Assembly: GCA_044870035.1 (NCBI GenBank)
Contig: JBIOYF010000050.1
Coordinates: 1-41,779, forward strand
Reading direction: 5' to 3'
Length of the DNA stretch: 41,779 nucleotides
Origin: Dehalococcoidia bacterium
Lineage (GTDB): Bacteria > Chloroflexota > Dehalococcoidia > DSTF01 > RBG-16-68-14
The first letter of the stretch is position 1. Each line of letters starts with the position of its first letter. The notes under the pieces were generated by a model. The model did not search any database. It had not been told where the DNA came from and saw nothing but the letters and a program-made list of their open reading frames with translations. Positions 16,441 through 26,359 of the stretch are shown in pieces. The translations under genes and the position numbers were made by a program.

Positions 16441-17634
16441 GTGGCTCGCGATCCTGAAATCATCATCATCGACCCGGACGTCGGCGCCCGGTCTGATCTG
16501 CGGCACATGCTCACCGCCGGCAAGCTGGCGGTGGTAGGTGAGGCCGACTATGGCATCGAGTCGGTCACAGTTGCCAAGGAGCACACGCCGGACATCCTCC
16601 TAATCAGCATGGAAGAGCCGGTGGCGCGCGCCCTTCAGACGGTGGAAATGCTGGGCGCGGCCGCCCCACGCGCCGCGATCATCGTTTACTCGTCGCTGGC
16701 CGACGCGCCGTCCGTACGCCGCGCGATGATCGCCGGTGCGCGTGACTACTTGATCAAGCCGCTCAAACCGGAAGATGTCGTTCGCGCAGTCTATGGCATT
16801 CTGGAGCAGGAAGAGCGCCGCCGCCTTCAGACGGAAGGCGAGGCCACCGAGCCCGCCGCGCGCGGGACCATCGTGACGATCTTCGGCGCGAAGGGCGGCA
16901 TCGGCAAGACGACGATCGCAACAAACCTGTCGGCAGCCCTGGTTACGGCGACGCAGGCCAACGTTACGCTGGTGGACATGGACACGCGCTTTGGCGATGT
17001 CGCGATCATGATGGACATCGCTGTGGAGCACAGCATTGCCGATCTCGGGCGGCGCGTTGATGAGCTGGACCGCGAATCGATCAAGGAAGGGCTGGCGCGC
17101 CATCACACCGGCGTTTCGATCCTGCCGGCGCCGCTGCACCCGACGGAGTGGCGTAACCTGACGCCGCAGCACATCGAGAAGATCGTCGATTTGCTGGCCC
17201 AGGGCAGCGACTGGGTCGTCATCGATACCCCCGGTACGTTCAATGAAATCATCGCGATAACGCTGGAGCTGGCGGACATCATCCTGCTGGTCACCAGCAT
17301 GGACATTGCGAGCATCAAGGACACAGCGCTCGCGCTGGAGATGCTGCGCGCGGCCGATGTCTCCGAAGACAAGGTCAAGCTGGTCATCAACCACTCGACG
17401 TCGGCGAACAGCCTGCGTGAGGAGGACGTCGAGCGGGTGCTGGAGTATCAGGTGACGTGGCGTATTCCCCACGATTACAACGTGGCGAGCGCCAACCAGC
17501 TCGGCATCCCGATCGTGACGGCCAAGCCATACGCGCGTGTTTCACGCGCGGTGATGGACCTGGCCTATGACCTCTCCGGCGCCCAGAGAGAGCGGAAGGG
17601 TTTCCTGGAGCGGTTCCTCGGCCGGGCGGTGTAG
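16441..17634 (+). CDS. tadZ: TadZ/CpaE: atypical receiver domain fused to a ParA/MinD-type ATPase
   Basis: 397 aa with a GTG start. It has an N-terminal CheY-like fold in which the phospho-acceptor position is Ser (PDILLISMEEP), i.e. a pseudo-receiver as known for TadZ. The deviant Walker A is IFGAKGGIGKTTIATNLS. Confidence 0.85.
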   Translation: MARDPEIIIIDPDVGARSDLRHMLTAGKLAVVGEADYGIESVTVAKEHTPDILLISMEEPVARALQTVEMLGAAAPRAAIIVYSSLADAPSVRRAMIAGARDYLIKPLKPEDVVRAVYGILEQEERRRLQTEGEATEPAARGTIVTIFGAKGGIGKTTIATNLSAALVTATQANVTLVDMDTRFGDVAIMMDIAVEHSIADLGRRVDELDRESIKEGLARHHTGVSILPAPLHPTEWRNLTPQHIEKIVDLLAQGSDWVVIDTPGTFNEIIAITLELADIILLVTSMDIASIKDTALALEMLRAADVSEDKVKLVINHSTSANSLREEDVERVLEYQVTWRIPHDYNVASANQLGIPIVTAKPYARVSRAVMDLAYDLSGAQRERKGFLERFLGRAV

Positions 17635-17659
17635 CTTCTAGCGTTGGAGAACGTTTGTT

Positions 17660-19006
17660 ATGAGCTTTAGCTGGCAACCAAAGGGACCGGGCTCAGACGG
17701 GGCAGAACGCCCATACCAGCGCCGAGGTCAGAGCGTTGAGGCAGTCAACGAGCTGAAGTTCACGCTGCACCAGCGCCTGATCGAAGAGCTGGACCCGAGT
17801 AAGCTGCAGGGGCTCGAGCCGGACCGTGCGCGCGAAGCGGTCGTAGCGGCCGCGAAGGCGCTCATCGCGCAGGAGATGCCAGGCATCGTCGGCGCGGTGC
17901 GCGACGAGCTGGTCGACGCGGTAGCGGACGAGGTGCTGGGCCTGGGGCCGATCGAGCCGCTGATTCGCGATGCGGCCATCTCAGAAGTGATGGTGAACGC
18001 GCCGGACCAGGTCTTCTATGAAAAGGAAGGCCGGCTGTACCTGAGCTCGGTGCGCTTCCGTGACTACTCGCACATCATGCGCATCGTCGAACGCATTGTC
18101 GCGCCGCTCGGCCGCCGCGTCGACGAGTCGTCGCCAATGGTGGACGCCCGTCTGCCCGACGGTTCGCGCGTCAACGTGATCATCCCGCCAGTCGCGCCCA
18201 AGAGCCCGACCGTCACGATCCGAAAGTTCCAGGCTGACAAGATGACGATCGAAGACCTGATCGCGGTGGGGTCGATGACGCGAGAGCTGGCGGAGTTCTT
18301 CCGCGCCTGCGTCCAGGTCCGCCTGAACGTGCTCGTCTCCGGTGGTACCGGTACCGGTAAGACGACGATGCTGAACGCGCTGTCATCCTTTATCCCGGAT
18401 ACGGAACGTATCGTTACGATCGAAGACCCAACGGAGCTCCGGCTCCAGCAGGGCCACGTGGTGAGCCTAGAGGCGCGACCGCCCAGCCTGGAGGGCAAGG
18501 GCGAAGTGACGCAGCGCGATCTGGTGCGCAACTCTCTGCGCATGCGGCCTGACCGCATCATTGTGGGTGAGGTGCGCGGTGCGGAAGCCTTCGACATGAT
18601 GCAGGCAATGAACACCGGTCACGAAGGTTCTCTAGGCACGATCCACGCGAACACACCTCGCGACGCCCTGGCGCGTATCGAAAATATGATCCTGATGGCC
18701 GGCTTGGACCTGCCCATGCGCGCCATCCGCGAGCAGATGGCTTCGGCCATCCACATTGTCATGCAGATCGCGCGCCTGGCCGACGGCAGCCGGAGGGTCA
18801 CGCACGTTGCGGAGATCAGCGGCATGGAGGGCGACGTGGTCACCATGCAGGACCTCTTCCGATTCGAGCAGCGCGGAATTGACACCGACGGTCGCGTGAT
18901 CGGAGAGTTCCGGCCCACGGGTATTCGCCCGCGCTTCGCTGACAAGTTCGAGATCGCCGGTATTCATCTCCCGTCTGATCTCTTCATGCAAGTGAGGGTC
19001 GCATAA
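17660..19006 (+). CDS. tadA: Tad pilus secretion ATPase TadA/CpaF
   Basis: 448 aa. Walker A is VLVSGGTGTGKTTMLNAL. The motifs IVTIEDPTEL, RPDRIIVGEVRGAEAFDMMQAMNTGHEGSLGTIHAN are signature T2SSE/CpaF boxes. Confidence 0.92.
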   Translation: MSFSWQPKGPGSDGAERPYQRRGQSVEAVNELKFTLHQRLIEELDPSKLQGLEPDRAREAVVAAAKALIAQEMPGIVGAVRDELVDAVADEVLGLGPIEPLIRDAAISEVMVNAPDQVFYEKEGRLYLSSVRFRDYSHIMRIVERIVAPLGRRVDESSPMVDARLPDGSRVNVIIPPVAPKSPTVTIRKFQADKMTIEDLIAVGSMTRELAEFFRACVQVRLNVLVSGGTGTGKTTMLNALSSFIPDTERIVTIEDPTELRLQQGHVVSLEARPPSLEGKGEVTQRDLVRNSLRMRPDRIIVGEVRGAEAFDMMQAMNTGHEGSLGTIHANTPRDALARIENMILMAGLDLPMRAIREQMASAIHIVMQIARLADGSRRVTHVAEISGMEGDVVTMQDLFRFEQRGIDTDGRVIGEFRPTGIRPRFADKFEIAGIHLPSDLFMQVRVA

Positions 19007-19007
19007 C

Positions 19008-19976
19008 GTGGACCTGCTAGCCCTGGGTGCAGCCGGTGCCATCCTGGTTGCGGTCGCGGCCTTTGGCCTGGCGATCAGCACGGTGCCTGCCGGCGCCCAA
19101 GCCCGTTCGCGACTGGAGATGGCGCTCAGCGGCGCCGCGTCTTCCGTCATCGAAGGTAGTGCGGTCGATCCTCTACGGGTGCGCATGCGCGCGGGCTTCC
19201 TTCACTACATTGTCTCGGGTGGTTGGTTGCAGCGAACGCAGCGCGATCTGCGGCTGGCGGATAGCCACCTGCAGCCGACCGACTTCCTGGCGATCCGCGT
19301 GGCGCTCGCCGTTCTCGCGTTTGTTGTACCGATCATCTTTCCGGGTGGGCTTCCCGGGATTGTCATTGGCATCATCGCGGCAGGAGCGGGCTTTCAGGCG
19401 GCGCAGCTCTGGTTGAATCACGGCAAGGATGCCCGGAAGGCCAAGCTGGAGGCGCAGCTACCCGACGCACTCACGATGATCGCGAACTCGCTCAAGTCCG
19501 GCTTCGGCCTGATGCAGGCGATAAACATGGCGGCCGAACAACTTGAACACCCCATCGCTACGGAGCTGGCGATTACGGTGCATGAAACGAACGTCGGCTC
19601 GAGCACGGAGGAGGCGTTCCTGGCCCTGAGCGATCGCAATGAGAACTATGACTTGGACATTGTGGTGACCGCCATCCTGGTTCAGCGCACGGCCGGCGGT
19701 AACTTGGCGGAGATCCTGGAGACGGTGACGCATACGATGCGCGAGCGGATCCGCATCCGCGGCGAGATCGCGACGCTAACCGCACAGCAGAAGCTCACAG
19801 GGATGGTCATCGCCCTCCTCCCCGTCGGCGTCGGCGGAATGTTCATCCTTATCAGCCCGGGCTACATCAACCCGCTGTTCACAGAGACGTTCGGCCGGGT
19901 GATGCTCGGAACGGCAGGCCTACTCGAGTTCGTCGGGGTCCTCGTTATCAAACGCATTCTGGCGATCGAGGTGTAA
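19008..19976 (+). CDS. tadB: Tad pilus platform protein TadB (T2SSF family)
   Basis: 322 aa. The GTG start lies 1 nt after the tadA stop. LPDALTMIANSLKSGFGLMQAI...TAQQKLTG...IALLP is typical of the T2SSF domain. Confidence 0.85.
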   Translation: MDLLALGAAGAILVAVAAFGLAISTVPAGAQARSRLEMALSGAASSVIEGSAVDPLRVRMRAGFLHYIVSGGWLQRTQRDLRLADSHLQPTDFLAIRVALAVLAFVVPIIFPGGLPGIVIGIIAAGAGFQAAQLWLNHGKDARKAKLEAQLPDALTMIANSLKSGFGLMQAINMAAEQLEHPIATELAITVHETNVGSSTEEAFLALSDRNENYDLDIVVTAILVQRTAGGNLAEILETVTHTMRERIRIRGEIATLTAQQKLTGMVIALLPVGVGGMFILISPGYINPLFTETFGRVMLGTAGLLEFVGVLVIKRILAIEV

Positions 19977-19978
19977 GC

Positions 19979-20878
19979 ATGCCCCTGGTTGCGGCGCTCG
20001 CCGTTGCTCTTGCAGTATTCGTGTTCATCCTCGCGCTGAACGGTTCGCGAGGCGGCATGAGCTCACGCCTCGACGCGATACGGAGGCAGCCGGGCATGGC
20101 GCCCAGCGAAGGCGCGGAGCCGAGTACGCCGGCGCTGACGCGCATCTTTTCGCTGCTGCTGGGTCAACTCGCGCAGTTGGTGCCATCAGGGATGCTTAAG
20201 GGTCTGGAGCAACGCCTCATTCTCGCGGGCGAGCCAATGACCGTGAACGCGTTCATCCTGATGCGCCTGATCTGTGCGGGGCTGTTTTTCGCGCTGCCGC
20301 TGCTCTTGGTGTTTGGGGGCGGCTTGAAGATGGGGCTGACCACGATGCTCATCATCGGGTCATTCGCTTTGGTGGGAATACTCTTGCCCCAGATGTGGCT
20401 TGCGTCGCGCGTCACTCAGCGGCAGAACCAGATTATCAAAACGCTCCCGGACGCGTTCGATCTGATCACGACGTGCGTAGAGGCCGGTCTTGGTCTGGAC
20501 GCCGCGCTGGCGCGCGTCGCGGAGAAGGTGGAGGGCGCATTCGCGGACGAGCTGTCTCGGACGCTGCGCGACATCGCTCTAGGTAAGATGCGCCGAGAAG
20601 CGCTGCGCGAGCTGGCCGATAGGACCGGCGTTCCGGACTTGATCACGTTCGTCAATGCCGTGATCCAGGCAGAGCAGATGGGTTCCAGCATTGGCGCTGT
20701 GCTGCGCGTGCAGTCTGACCAGATGCGGACCAGACGCCGCCAGCGCGCCGAGGAGCAGGCCTATAAGGCGCCGGTCAAGATGATCTTTCCGCTGGTACTG
20801 TGTATTTTCCCTACGCTCTTTATTGTGATTCTGGGCCCGGCCGTGATTACTATTATGCAAGACTTCCCGGGCAAGTAA
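19979..20878 (+). CDS. tadC: Tad pilus platform protein TadC (T2SSF family)
   Basis: 299 aa. LPDAFDLITTCVEAGLGLDAAL...RRQRAEEQAYKAPVKMIFPLVLCIFP is typical of the second T2SSF paralogue of Tad loci. Confidence 0.85.
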   Translation: MPLVAALAVALAVFVFILALNGSRGGMSSRLDAIRRQPGMAPSEGAEPSTPALTRIFSLLLGQLAQLVPSGMLKGLEQRLILAGEPMTVNAFILMRLICAGLFFALPLLLVFGGGLKMGLTTMLIIGSFALVGILLPQMWLASRVTQRQNQIIKTLPDAFDLITTCVEAGLGLDAALARVAEKVEGAFADELSRTLRDIALGKMRREALRELADRTGVPDLITFVNAVIQAEQMGSSIGAVLRVQSDQMRTRRRQRAEEQAYKAPVKMIFPLVLCIFPTLFIVILGPAVITIMQDFPGK

Positions 20879-20890
20879 GATCACTGTAGC

Positions 20891-21235
20891 GTGCGCATCC
20901 TGAATAGCACTCGCGGGTCCGAGCTGGCGAGCCAGGCGTGGCGAGCGAACAGCTTCCTGTCCCGCTTGGTCGGGCTGCTGGGCCGGTCGTCGCTCAAGCC
21001 AGGCGAGGCGCTTCTCATCGAACCGTGCAGCTCGGTCCACACGGCGTTCATGCGCTTCACGATCGATGTCGTCTACATCGATAAGGCACGGAAGGTCGTG
21101 AAGGTCTCTCCCAACATGCGGCCGTTTCGGATCGGCGGCGTATTCAAGCCATCCTGCTCGGTTATCGAGCTCCCGAAGGGCATGATCGAGGCGACGCAGA
21201 CTGCCCGGGGCGACGAGCTCGCCTTTTCTGAGTAG
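20891..21235 (+). CDS. DUF192 family protein (last gene of the Tad operon)
   Basis: 114 aa with a GTG start. A...SFLSRLVGLLGRSSLKPGEALLIEPCSSVHTAFMRFTIDVVYID...V matches the DUF192 (COG1430) consensus R.rGLmgr..l....gmlf.....ihm..m.f.iDv.f.d. Confidence 0.75.
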   Translation: MRILNSTRGSELASQAWRANSFLSRLVGLLGRSSLKPGEALLIEPCSSVHTAFMRFTIDVVYIDKARKVVKVSPNMRPFRIGGVFKPSCSVIELPKGMIEATQTARGDELAFSE

Positions 21236-21272
21236 TTCCCAGATCCGCGAGTCCTCGTTGCTGCGCCGGCGG

Positions 21273-24200
21273 CTAGCTGGGGCAGGTGATGCTGTACTGC
21301 AGGATGGCGATCCGGATGTCGTTGATGTCAACGAGTCCGCTCCCGTCGAGGTCGGATGGCGGGTCGGTCGTGAAGTATGCCTGGACGACGTGGAGAATGT
21401 CGCTGATGAGCACGCGATTGTCGCCGTCGTAGTCCGCGCAGGGCCAAGGCATGGGAGTCGGCGTCGGCGTCACGGTGGGCGTGTTGGTCACCGTGGGCGT
21501 GTTCGTGATGGTCGGCGTTCTTGTCGGCGTGAAGGTGGGTGTGGCGGTCGGGCCGATAATGCTGGTCGTAATCTGGGCGATGTTGTTGGCCACCTCAATC
21601 CCTTCGGCCGTGTTGCTGATCGGCAGGTCGACGAGGGCGCGGTTGTTGGCCGTGGCGTCGGTCGCGGATGTTAAGCGGCCCGTGATTGTGATCGTCGCCA
21701 CGTCGCCCGAGTGGAAGATACCGAAGTCGCAACCGAGCTCGCGCGCGCCGCTCGAGTAGAGGCAGACGCCGCCGAAGTCAACGCTGAAACCGGTGATTGC
21801 GAAGGCGGCCGGGAGCTGGTCGAAGGCGTGAACGCCGACGGGCAGGCCCGTGCTCGAGTTGATCTCCTCGCCCACGTCCGTGAAGCCGATGTTCGTGATC
21901 GTGATGGTATACGTCTCGATCTGGCCGCTGATGATCGGGTCGATGCTGTCGCTCTTGGCGATCGCTAGGTCGCCGGGTGGCAGGACGGGCGTGGGTGTGC
22001 CGGTAGCCGTTGCCGTACCTGTTGGTGTGGGTGTCGCCGTCGGAGGCGCGGTGACCACGATGTTCACACTCGCCACGTTGTTGGATTCGCTAAATTCGGC
22101 TACCTCCTGATACGGGTCGACCTCGACCGAGTTCACGAACGTGCCCTGGTCCGGGATATTACCCAGCACGGTTACCGTAGCGGAGGCGCCGGAGGGAAGC
22201 GTGCCCAGATTGCAGTCCAGCTGGCCACCCACGATCGAGGCGAGCAGCGTGCACGTGCCCTGCGTCGTCGAAAAGCCGCTGTAGACGAAATTCGCCGGCG
22301 GCGTATCCAGGATGCGGGCCGGGTTCGCGGCTTGGCCTCCGACGTTGCGTACCTCGATCGTGAACGTCAGCGGCAGCGTACCGACCACGGGGTTAGGAGA
22401 GGCGGACTTCGTCACCGTTAGGTCCGTGGCCACCGGCGTGGACGTCGCGGTCGGCGTGATGGACGGTGTGGACGTTGCCGAGGGCGAAGCGGTGGCTGTT
22501 GCCGATGGCGTGTTGGGATTGGGTGTCATAGTCGATGTGGGCGTCCTCGTGAACGTGGGCGTTCTTGTGAACGTTGGCGTGTTCGTGATCGTGGCCGTCG
22601 CGCTGGCCGTCGCCGTCGGCGTGTTGGGGTCCGGCGTATTCGTCGTAGTCGGCGTCGGCGTCATCGTTGCGGTTGGTGTCGGCGTGTGCGCCAAAACGAG
22701 CGTGTCTATGGTTGTGCTGTTATTCGCCTCGTTTTGTTCCGCGACGACGTTGTCCGGGTCCACGGAGGCCGTGTTGCTTACGAGCAGATCGCCCGCCGTG
22801 ACGACGTAACCCGTTACTGTGATGGTTGCGATCGCGCTTGGCCCGGTGCCGAATGAGCCGAGATCGCAGTCCAGCAGGCCGCCGGTGATGCTTCCTTGCA
22901 GCGAGCAGACGCCGCGGTCCGTGCTGAAGCCCGTGTACCGGAAGTTGGCAGCGGGCTGATCGATCAGCCGGGCGGAAGCCGCAGGTAGGTTACCGATGTT
23001 CCGCACGCGCACCGTGTAGGTAATCGTTGCGCCGCTGGCTACTGGATCCGGCGAGTCTGACTTCGTCACGCTCAGATCGGGTCCGGGGCCCGTGGTCGGC
23101 GTCGCGCTTGCGGTGGGAGTATTGGTCGCCGTCGCGGTTGCGGTCGGCGTGGACGTGTTGGTGGGAGTGTTGGTCGGGGTGTTGGTCGGGGTGTTCGTCG
23201 GCGTTGGCGTCGCGGTGGGGGTGTCAGTCGGCGTCGCAGTTGGTGTGTCCGTCGGCGTCGACGTGGCGGTCAGTGTGTTCGTCGGCGTCGGTGTTGCGGT
23301 CGGCGTATCCGTGGGGGTCGCAGTCGCCGTGTCGGTCGGCGTCGCTGTTGCGGTGGCCGTGGGCGTGGGCGCAAGAACCGTCGTGAGCGCCGTGGCCGAG
23401 TTATTCGCTTCGCTGTATTCCGCAACGATGTTCGCCGGATCGACGGTGGCGGTGTTGCTCACTACCGTGTCGACCCCCGTTGTCAGGGAGCCAGTGATCG
23501 TGATGGTGCCAACGGCGGCCGGCCCTGTGCCGAACGTGCCGAGATCACAATCCAGCGTGCCGCCGGTGACTGGACCGACGAGGACGCAGGTCCCCCGGGT
23601 GGTCGAAAAGCCCGAGTAGGTGAAGCCGGCGTCCGGGGTGTCGACGAGGCGGACGAAGCTCGCGCCCAAAGACCCGATGTTCCGCACCTCGATGGTGTAG
23701 GTCAGCGTTTGCCCGCTTCCCACGGGATCCGGCGCGTCGGCCTTCGTGACTGTCAAGTCCGCCAGCATCGGCGTGGGTGTTGGCGTAGAGGTGCTGGTCG
23801 GTGTGGCGGTGGGCGTGTCGGTCGGCGTGGGCGTTGCTGTCGGCGTGTCCGTGGGCGTGGCGGTCGGCGTGGGCGTTGCTGTCGGCGTGCTGGTTGGCGT
23901 CGCCGTTGGGGTGTCTGTCGGAGTCGCTGTCGGCGTCGGGGTGGCCGTCGGCGTGTCGGTCTGCGTGGGCGTCGGTGTCGGCGTGCTGGTCGGCGTGTCC
24001 GTTGGCGTGTCGGTGGGCGTTGGCGTGTCCGTGGGCGTGGCGGTCGGCGTGTTGGTCGGCGTCGCCGTTGGCGTGTCCGTCGGAGTCGCTGTCGGCGTGT
24101 CCGTTGGCGTGGCGCTGGGCGTGTTTGTTGGCGTCGCGGTTGGTGTGTTCGTCGGCGTGTCGGTCGGAGTTGGCGTCGCGGTCGGCGTCGCTGTTGCGGT

Positions 24201-25052
24201 GGCCGTCGGCGTGTCGGTCGGCGTCGGGGTGGCTGTGGGTGTGTCGGTCCGTGTGGCGGTGGGCGTGCTGGTCGGCGTGTCCGTGGGCGTGTCGGTCGGT
24301 GTTGGCGTCACCGTCGGCGTGGCGGTCGGCGTGTTCGTGGGTGTATCGGTCGCGGTGCCGGTCGCTGTCGGCGTGTCGGTCGGTGTTTCGGTCGCGACGA
24401 GCGTTGCCGTTGGCGTGTCCGTGGGTGTAGCGATTGGCGCTTCCGGCACCTCGAGTTCGATCCAGGTCGCCGCAACGTTGGTCACGGTGCCGGCGCCGGT
24501 CGAGTTCGCGACGATCCGTACTCGCAGGTCAGCATAGTCGGTGATCGCGTCGGTCTGCGCGCCGCTCAGGGTGAGGCTGAACGTCTGATAGGCCCCGGTG
24601 AGCGGCTGCTGCGCGTCCGCAGCGATCAACGTCGTTCCCTGGTACAGCGCGGCGTCCACGGTCGCGGTCTTCGTACCCGTCATCGCGACGCGATAGCGTA
24701 CGATGTGTCCGATCGAAGTGGCCGGGTCGGTGACGGGCGACAGCAGCACTTCGAACGGGTCGAAGGCAGGGTCGTTGCTGGAGGTGATCTCTGTGGTCGC
24801 GTCGTCCGCGATGACTTCATCGAGCTTGTCCCAGAGGGGCGTCGCGCCCCAGCCGCCGGTCGCCGTATCGGCCACGGGCCGCCCGAATTGAGGGCCCGTC
24901 TGGGCCAGGCCTGACTGGGAGGGCGAGGACGTGAGGAAGAGGGCAACGAGAGCGACCGCCACCCCTGCGAGCGCGAACGCCACAGCAACGCCCCGCTGCC
25001 AGCTCCCGGAAGAGCGGCGGGCCGGCGGGACGCGATCTCGGATAGTTTTCAC
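21273..25052 (-). CDS. Giant cell-surface protein: N-terminal signal-anchor, unknown N-domain, Thr/Pro linkers, 4 x DUF11 repeat domains, C-terminal dockerin-like module
   Basis: 1259 aa. The TM segment is aa 21-41 and the unknown domain spans aa ~55-205. The TP linkers cover aa 206-428, 561-656, 789-875, 1002-1025 and 1167-1201. The four repeats of ~125-140 aa start (D)L(T/S)VTK(A/S)D/SPDPV..G..(L/I)TYT(I/V).V.N.G, which is the DUF11 signature. Each repeat has a conserved Cys pair (G.C......GG.LDC.LG). The last 56 aa carry two Ca-loop-like segments, [12 protein letters not shown] and [12 protein letters not shown]. Confidence 0.9.
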   Translation of the reverse strand: MKTIRDRVPPARRSSGSWQRGVAVAFALAGVAVALVALFLTSSPSQSGLAQTGPQFGRPVADTATGGWGATPLWDKLDEVIADDATTEITSSNDPAFDPFEVLLSPVTDPATSIGHIVRYRVAMTGTKTATVDAALYQGTTLIAADAQQPLTGAYQTFSLTLSGAQTDAITDYADLRVRIVANSTGAGTVTNVAATWIELEVPEAPIATPTDTPTATLVATETPTDTPTATGTATDTPTNTPTATPTVTPTPTDTPTDTPTSTPTATRTDTPTATPTPTDTPTATATATPTATPTPTDTPTNTPTATPTNTPSATPTDTPTATPTDTPTATPTNTPTATPTDTPTPTDTPTDTPTSTPTPTPTQTDTPTATPTPTATPTDTPTATPTSTPTATPTPTATPTDTPTATPTPTDTPTATPTSTSTPTPTPMLADLTVTKADAPDPVGSGQTLTYTIEVRNIGSLGASFVRLVDTPDAGFTYSGFSTTRGTCVLVGPVTGGTLDCDLGTFGTGPAAVGTITITGSLTTGVDTVVSNTATVDPANIVAEYSEANNSATALTTVLAPTPTATATATPTDTATATPTDTPTATPTPTNTLTATSTPTDTPTATPTDTPTATPTPTNTPTNTPTNTPTNTSTPTATATATNTPTASATPTTGPGPDLSVTKSDSPDPVASGATITYTVRVRNIGNLPAASARLIDQPAANFRYTGFSTDRGVCSLQGSITGGLLDCDLGSFGTGPSAIATITVTGYVVTAGDLLVSNTASVDPDNVVAEQNEANNSTTIDTLVLAHTPTPTATMTPTPTTTNTPDPNTPTATASATATITNTPTFTRTPTFTRTPTSTMTPNPNTPSATATASPSATSTPSITPTATSTPVATDLTVTKSASPNPVVGTLPLTFTIEVRNVGGQAANPARILDTPPANFVYSGFSTTQGTCTLLASIVGGQLDCNLGTLPSGASATVTVLGNIPDQGTFVNSVEVDPYQEVAEFSESNNVASVNIVVTAPPTATPTPTGTATATGTPTPVLPPGDLAIAKSDSIDPIISGQIETYTITITNIGFTDVGEEINSSTGLPVGVHAFDQLPAAFAITGFSVDFGGVCLYSSGARELGCDFGIFHSGDVATITITGRLTSATDATANNRALVDLPISNTAEGIEVANNIAQITTSIIGPTATPTFTPTRTPTITNTPTVTNTPTVTPTPTPMPWPCADYDGDNRVLISDILHVVQAYFTTDPPSDLDGSGLVDINDIRIAILQYSITCPS
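23769..24437 (-). repeat. Longest Thr/Pro-linker coding tract (aa 206-428): degenerate 6-12 nt periodicity ACNCCNAC(N)GA(C/T)
   Basis: It encodes (T/D/A/N/S)-T-P-T iterations for 223 residues. Shorter tracts of the same kind lie at 23085-23372 and 22428-22688. This is low-complexity coding sequence, not an exact tandem repeat. Confidence 0.85.
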
Positions 25053-25411
25053 GCTCTGCTCTCAGGCTGCCCCTACCAGCGGCAATATGTGGCCTGCCAG
25101 TCCTGGAGTGCCCTGTTGGGTGTGCCTGATTTGCTCCCTCGTATTCAATAAAGTGTCTGGATGGCTGCTTGTTGCAGTTCCTCGACCGAAGCGGGGGTGT
25201 CGGTCGCCATAGCCCGGCCCGCGCCACCGGGCCAGCTAGCTAGCCGTAAACTTATGATAGGCCTGCGGCCAGGAGGCGGAGTTAATGAACGGCCAATCAG
25301 GCGTTAAATAAGCCTCAAGACGTTTATTGGTCGTTATGGCGAGCAGGGTGACCCTCAAGAGAGCCTGCGCTATACTAGCGGCGCTTACTCGCCAGGCAAG
25401 GAGGCGTTCCG

Positions 25412-26350
25412 TTGGAATACAAGAAGCTCGGCCGCTCTGGGCTGGAGGTTTCGGCCCTGGGGCTCGGCTGTAACAACTTCGGCCGCCGCTGCGACCAGGA
25501 GCAGACGAAGGAGGTCGTCGATAAGGCGATTGAGCTGGGCATCACCTTCTTCGATACGGCCGATATCTACGGCCCTCGTGGCCTCTCCGAGGAGTATCTG
25601 GGCAGGGCCCTGGAGGGGCGGCGCCAAGAGGTCACGATCGCTACCAAGTTCGCAGGGCCGATGGGGGACGGGCCCCTCTGGGGCGGCGGCTCGCGCCGCT
25701 ACATCATGCAAGCTGTGGAGGGTAGCCTGCGCCGCCTGGGCACCGACTACATCGACTTATACCAGATGCACTTTCCGGACCGCCGGACGCCAATCGAGGA
25801 GACGATGAGCGCGCTGGACGGCGTGGTGCGCTCCGGCAAGGCGCGCTACATCGGCTGCTCGAACTACGACGCCTGGCAGGCCGTGGAGGCGCAGTGGTTC
25901 GCGAAGAGCGAGCACTTGACGCCGTTTGTCTCAGCGCAAAACCAGTACAACCTGCTCGACCGCCGCATCGAACGCGAGCTGGTGCCCGCCTGTAACGCGT
26001 ACGGCTTGGGCGTGCTGCCGTACTTTCCCCTGGCGAATGGCTTCCTGACCGGCAAGTACAAACAGGGCGAACCGCCCCCGGAAGGCACGCGCCTTTCGGC
26101 TCGTGGCATGGCCGAGCGTGTCCTCACGGACGAGAACTTCGCTGTGCTGGGCAGGCTGGAGGAGTTCGCGCAGGCGCAGAACCACTCGATGCTCGAGCTC
26201 GCCATCGGTTGGCTGGCCAGCCAGCCGCACGTGGGCAGCGTGATCGCCGGCGCAACGAAGCCGCTTCAGCTCGAGCAGAATGCCAAGGCCGTCGAGTGGA
26301 AGCTCTCTGCCGATGAGCGAGCCGCAGTCGAACGGATAACGAAGCGCTAA
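25412..26350 (+). CDS. Aldo/keto reductase
   Basis: 312 aa. The start is the TTG at 25412, with an AAGGAGG SD 7 nt upstream. (M)EYKKLGRSGLEVSALGLGCNNFG...FFDTADIYG...IATKF...YIDLYQMH are canonical AKR blocks. Confidence 0.9.
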   Translation: MEYKKLGRSGLEVSALGLGCNNFGRRCDQEQTKEVVDKAIELGITFFDTADIYGPRGLSEEYLGRALEGRRQEVTIATKFAGPMGDGPLWGGGSRRYIMQAVEGSLRRLGTDYIDLYQMHFPDRRTPIEETMSALDGVVRSGKARYIGCSNYDAWQAVEAQWFAKSEHLTPFVSAQNQYNLLDRRIERELVPACNAYGLGVLPYFPLANGFLTGKYKQGEPPPEGTRLSARGMAERVLTDENFAVLGRLEEFAQAQNHSMLELAIGWLASQPHVGSVIAGATKPLQLEQNAKAVEWKLSADERAAVERITKR

Positions 26351-26359
26351 TCGCCTCTC

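Noticed and set aside
20579-21331. 250-aa minus-strand ORF overlapping tadC and the DUF192 gene.
   Set aside because: It is entirely antisense to two well-supported genes. Its composition is Arg/Ala-rich, typical of the wrong frame in high-GC DNA, and it has no recognisable motifs.
22428-24437. Periodic DNA in the adhesin gene that could be mistaken for a CRISPR array or a satellite.
   Set aside because: There are no fixed-length identical repeats separated by unique spacers. The periodicity is at codon level (6-12 nt, degenerate) and stays in frame within a single long ORF.
23709-24914. Long plus-strand ORFs (401, 263, 209 and 175 aa etc.) encoding Arg/Gly- or Gly/Val-rich polypeptides across 22312-24914.
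   Set aside because: They are antisense shadows of the minus-strand Thr/Pro-linker codons (ACN CCN read backwards gives GGN GTN). They have no SD, no domain content and extreme low complexity, whereas the minus-strand frame carries clear DUF11 domains.
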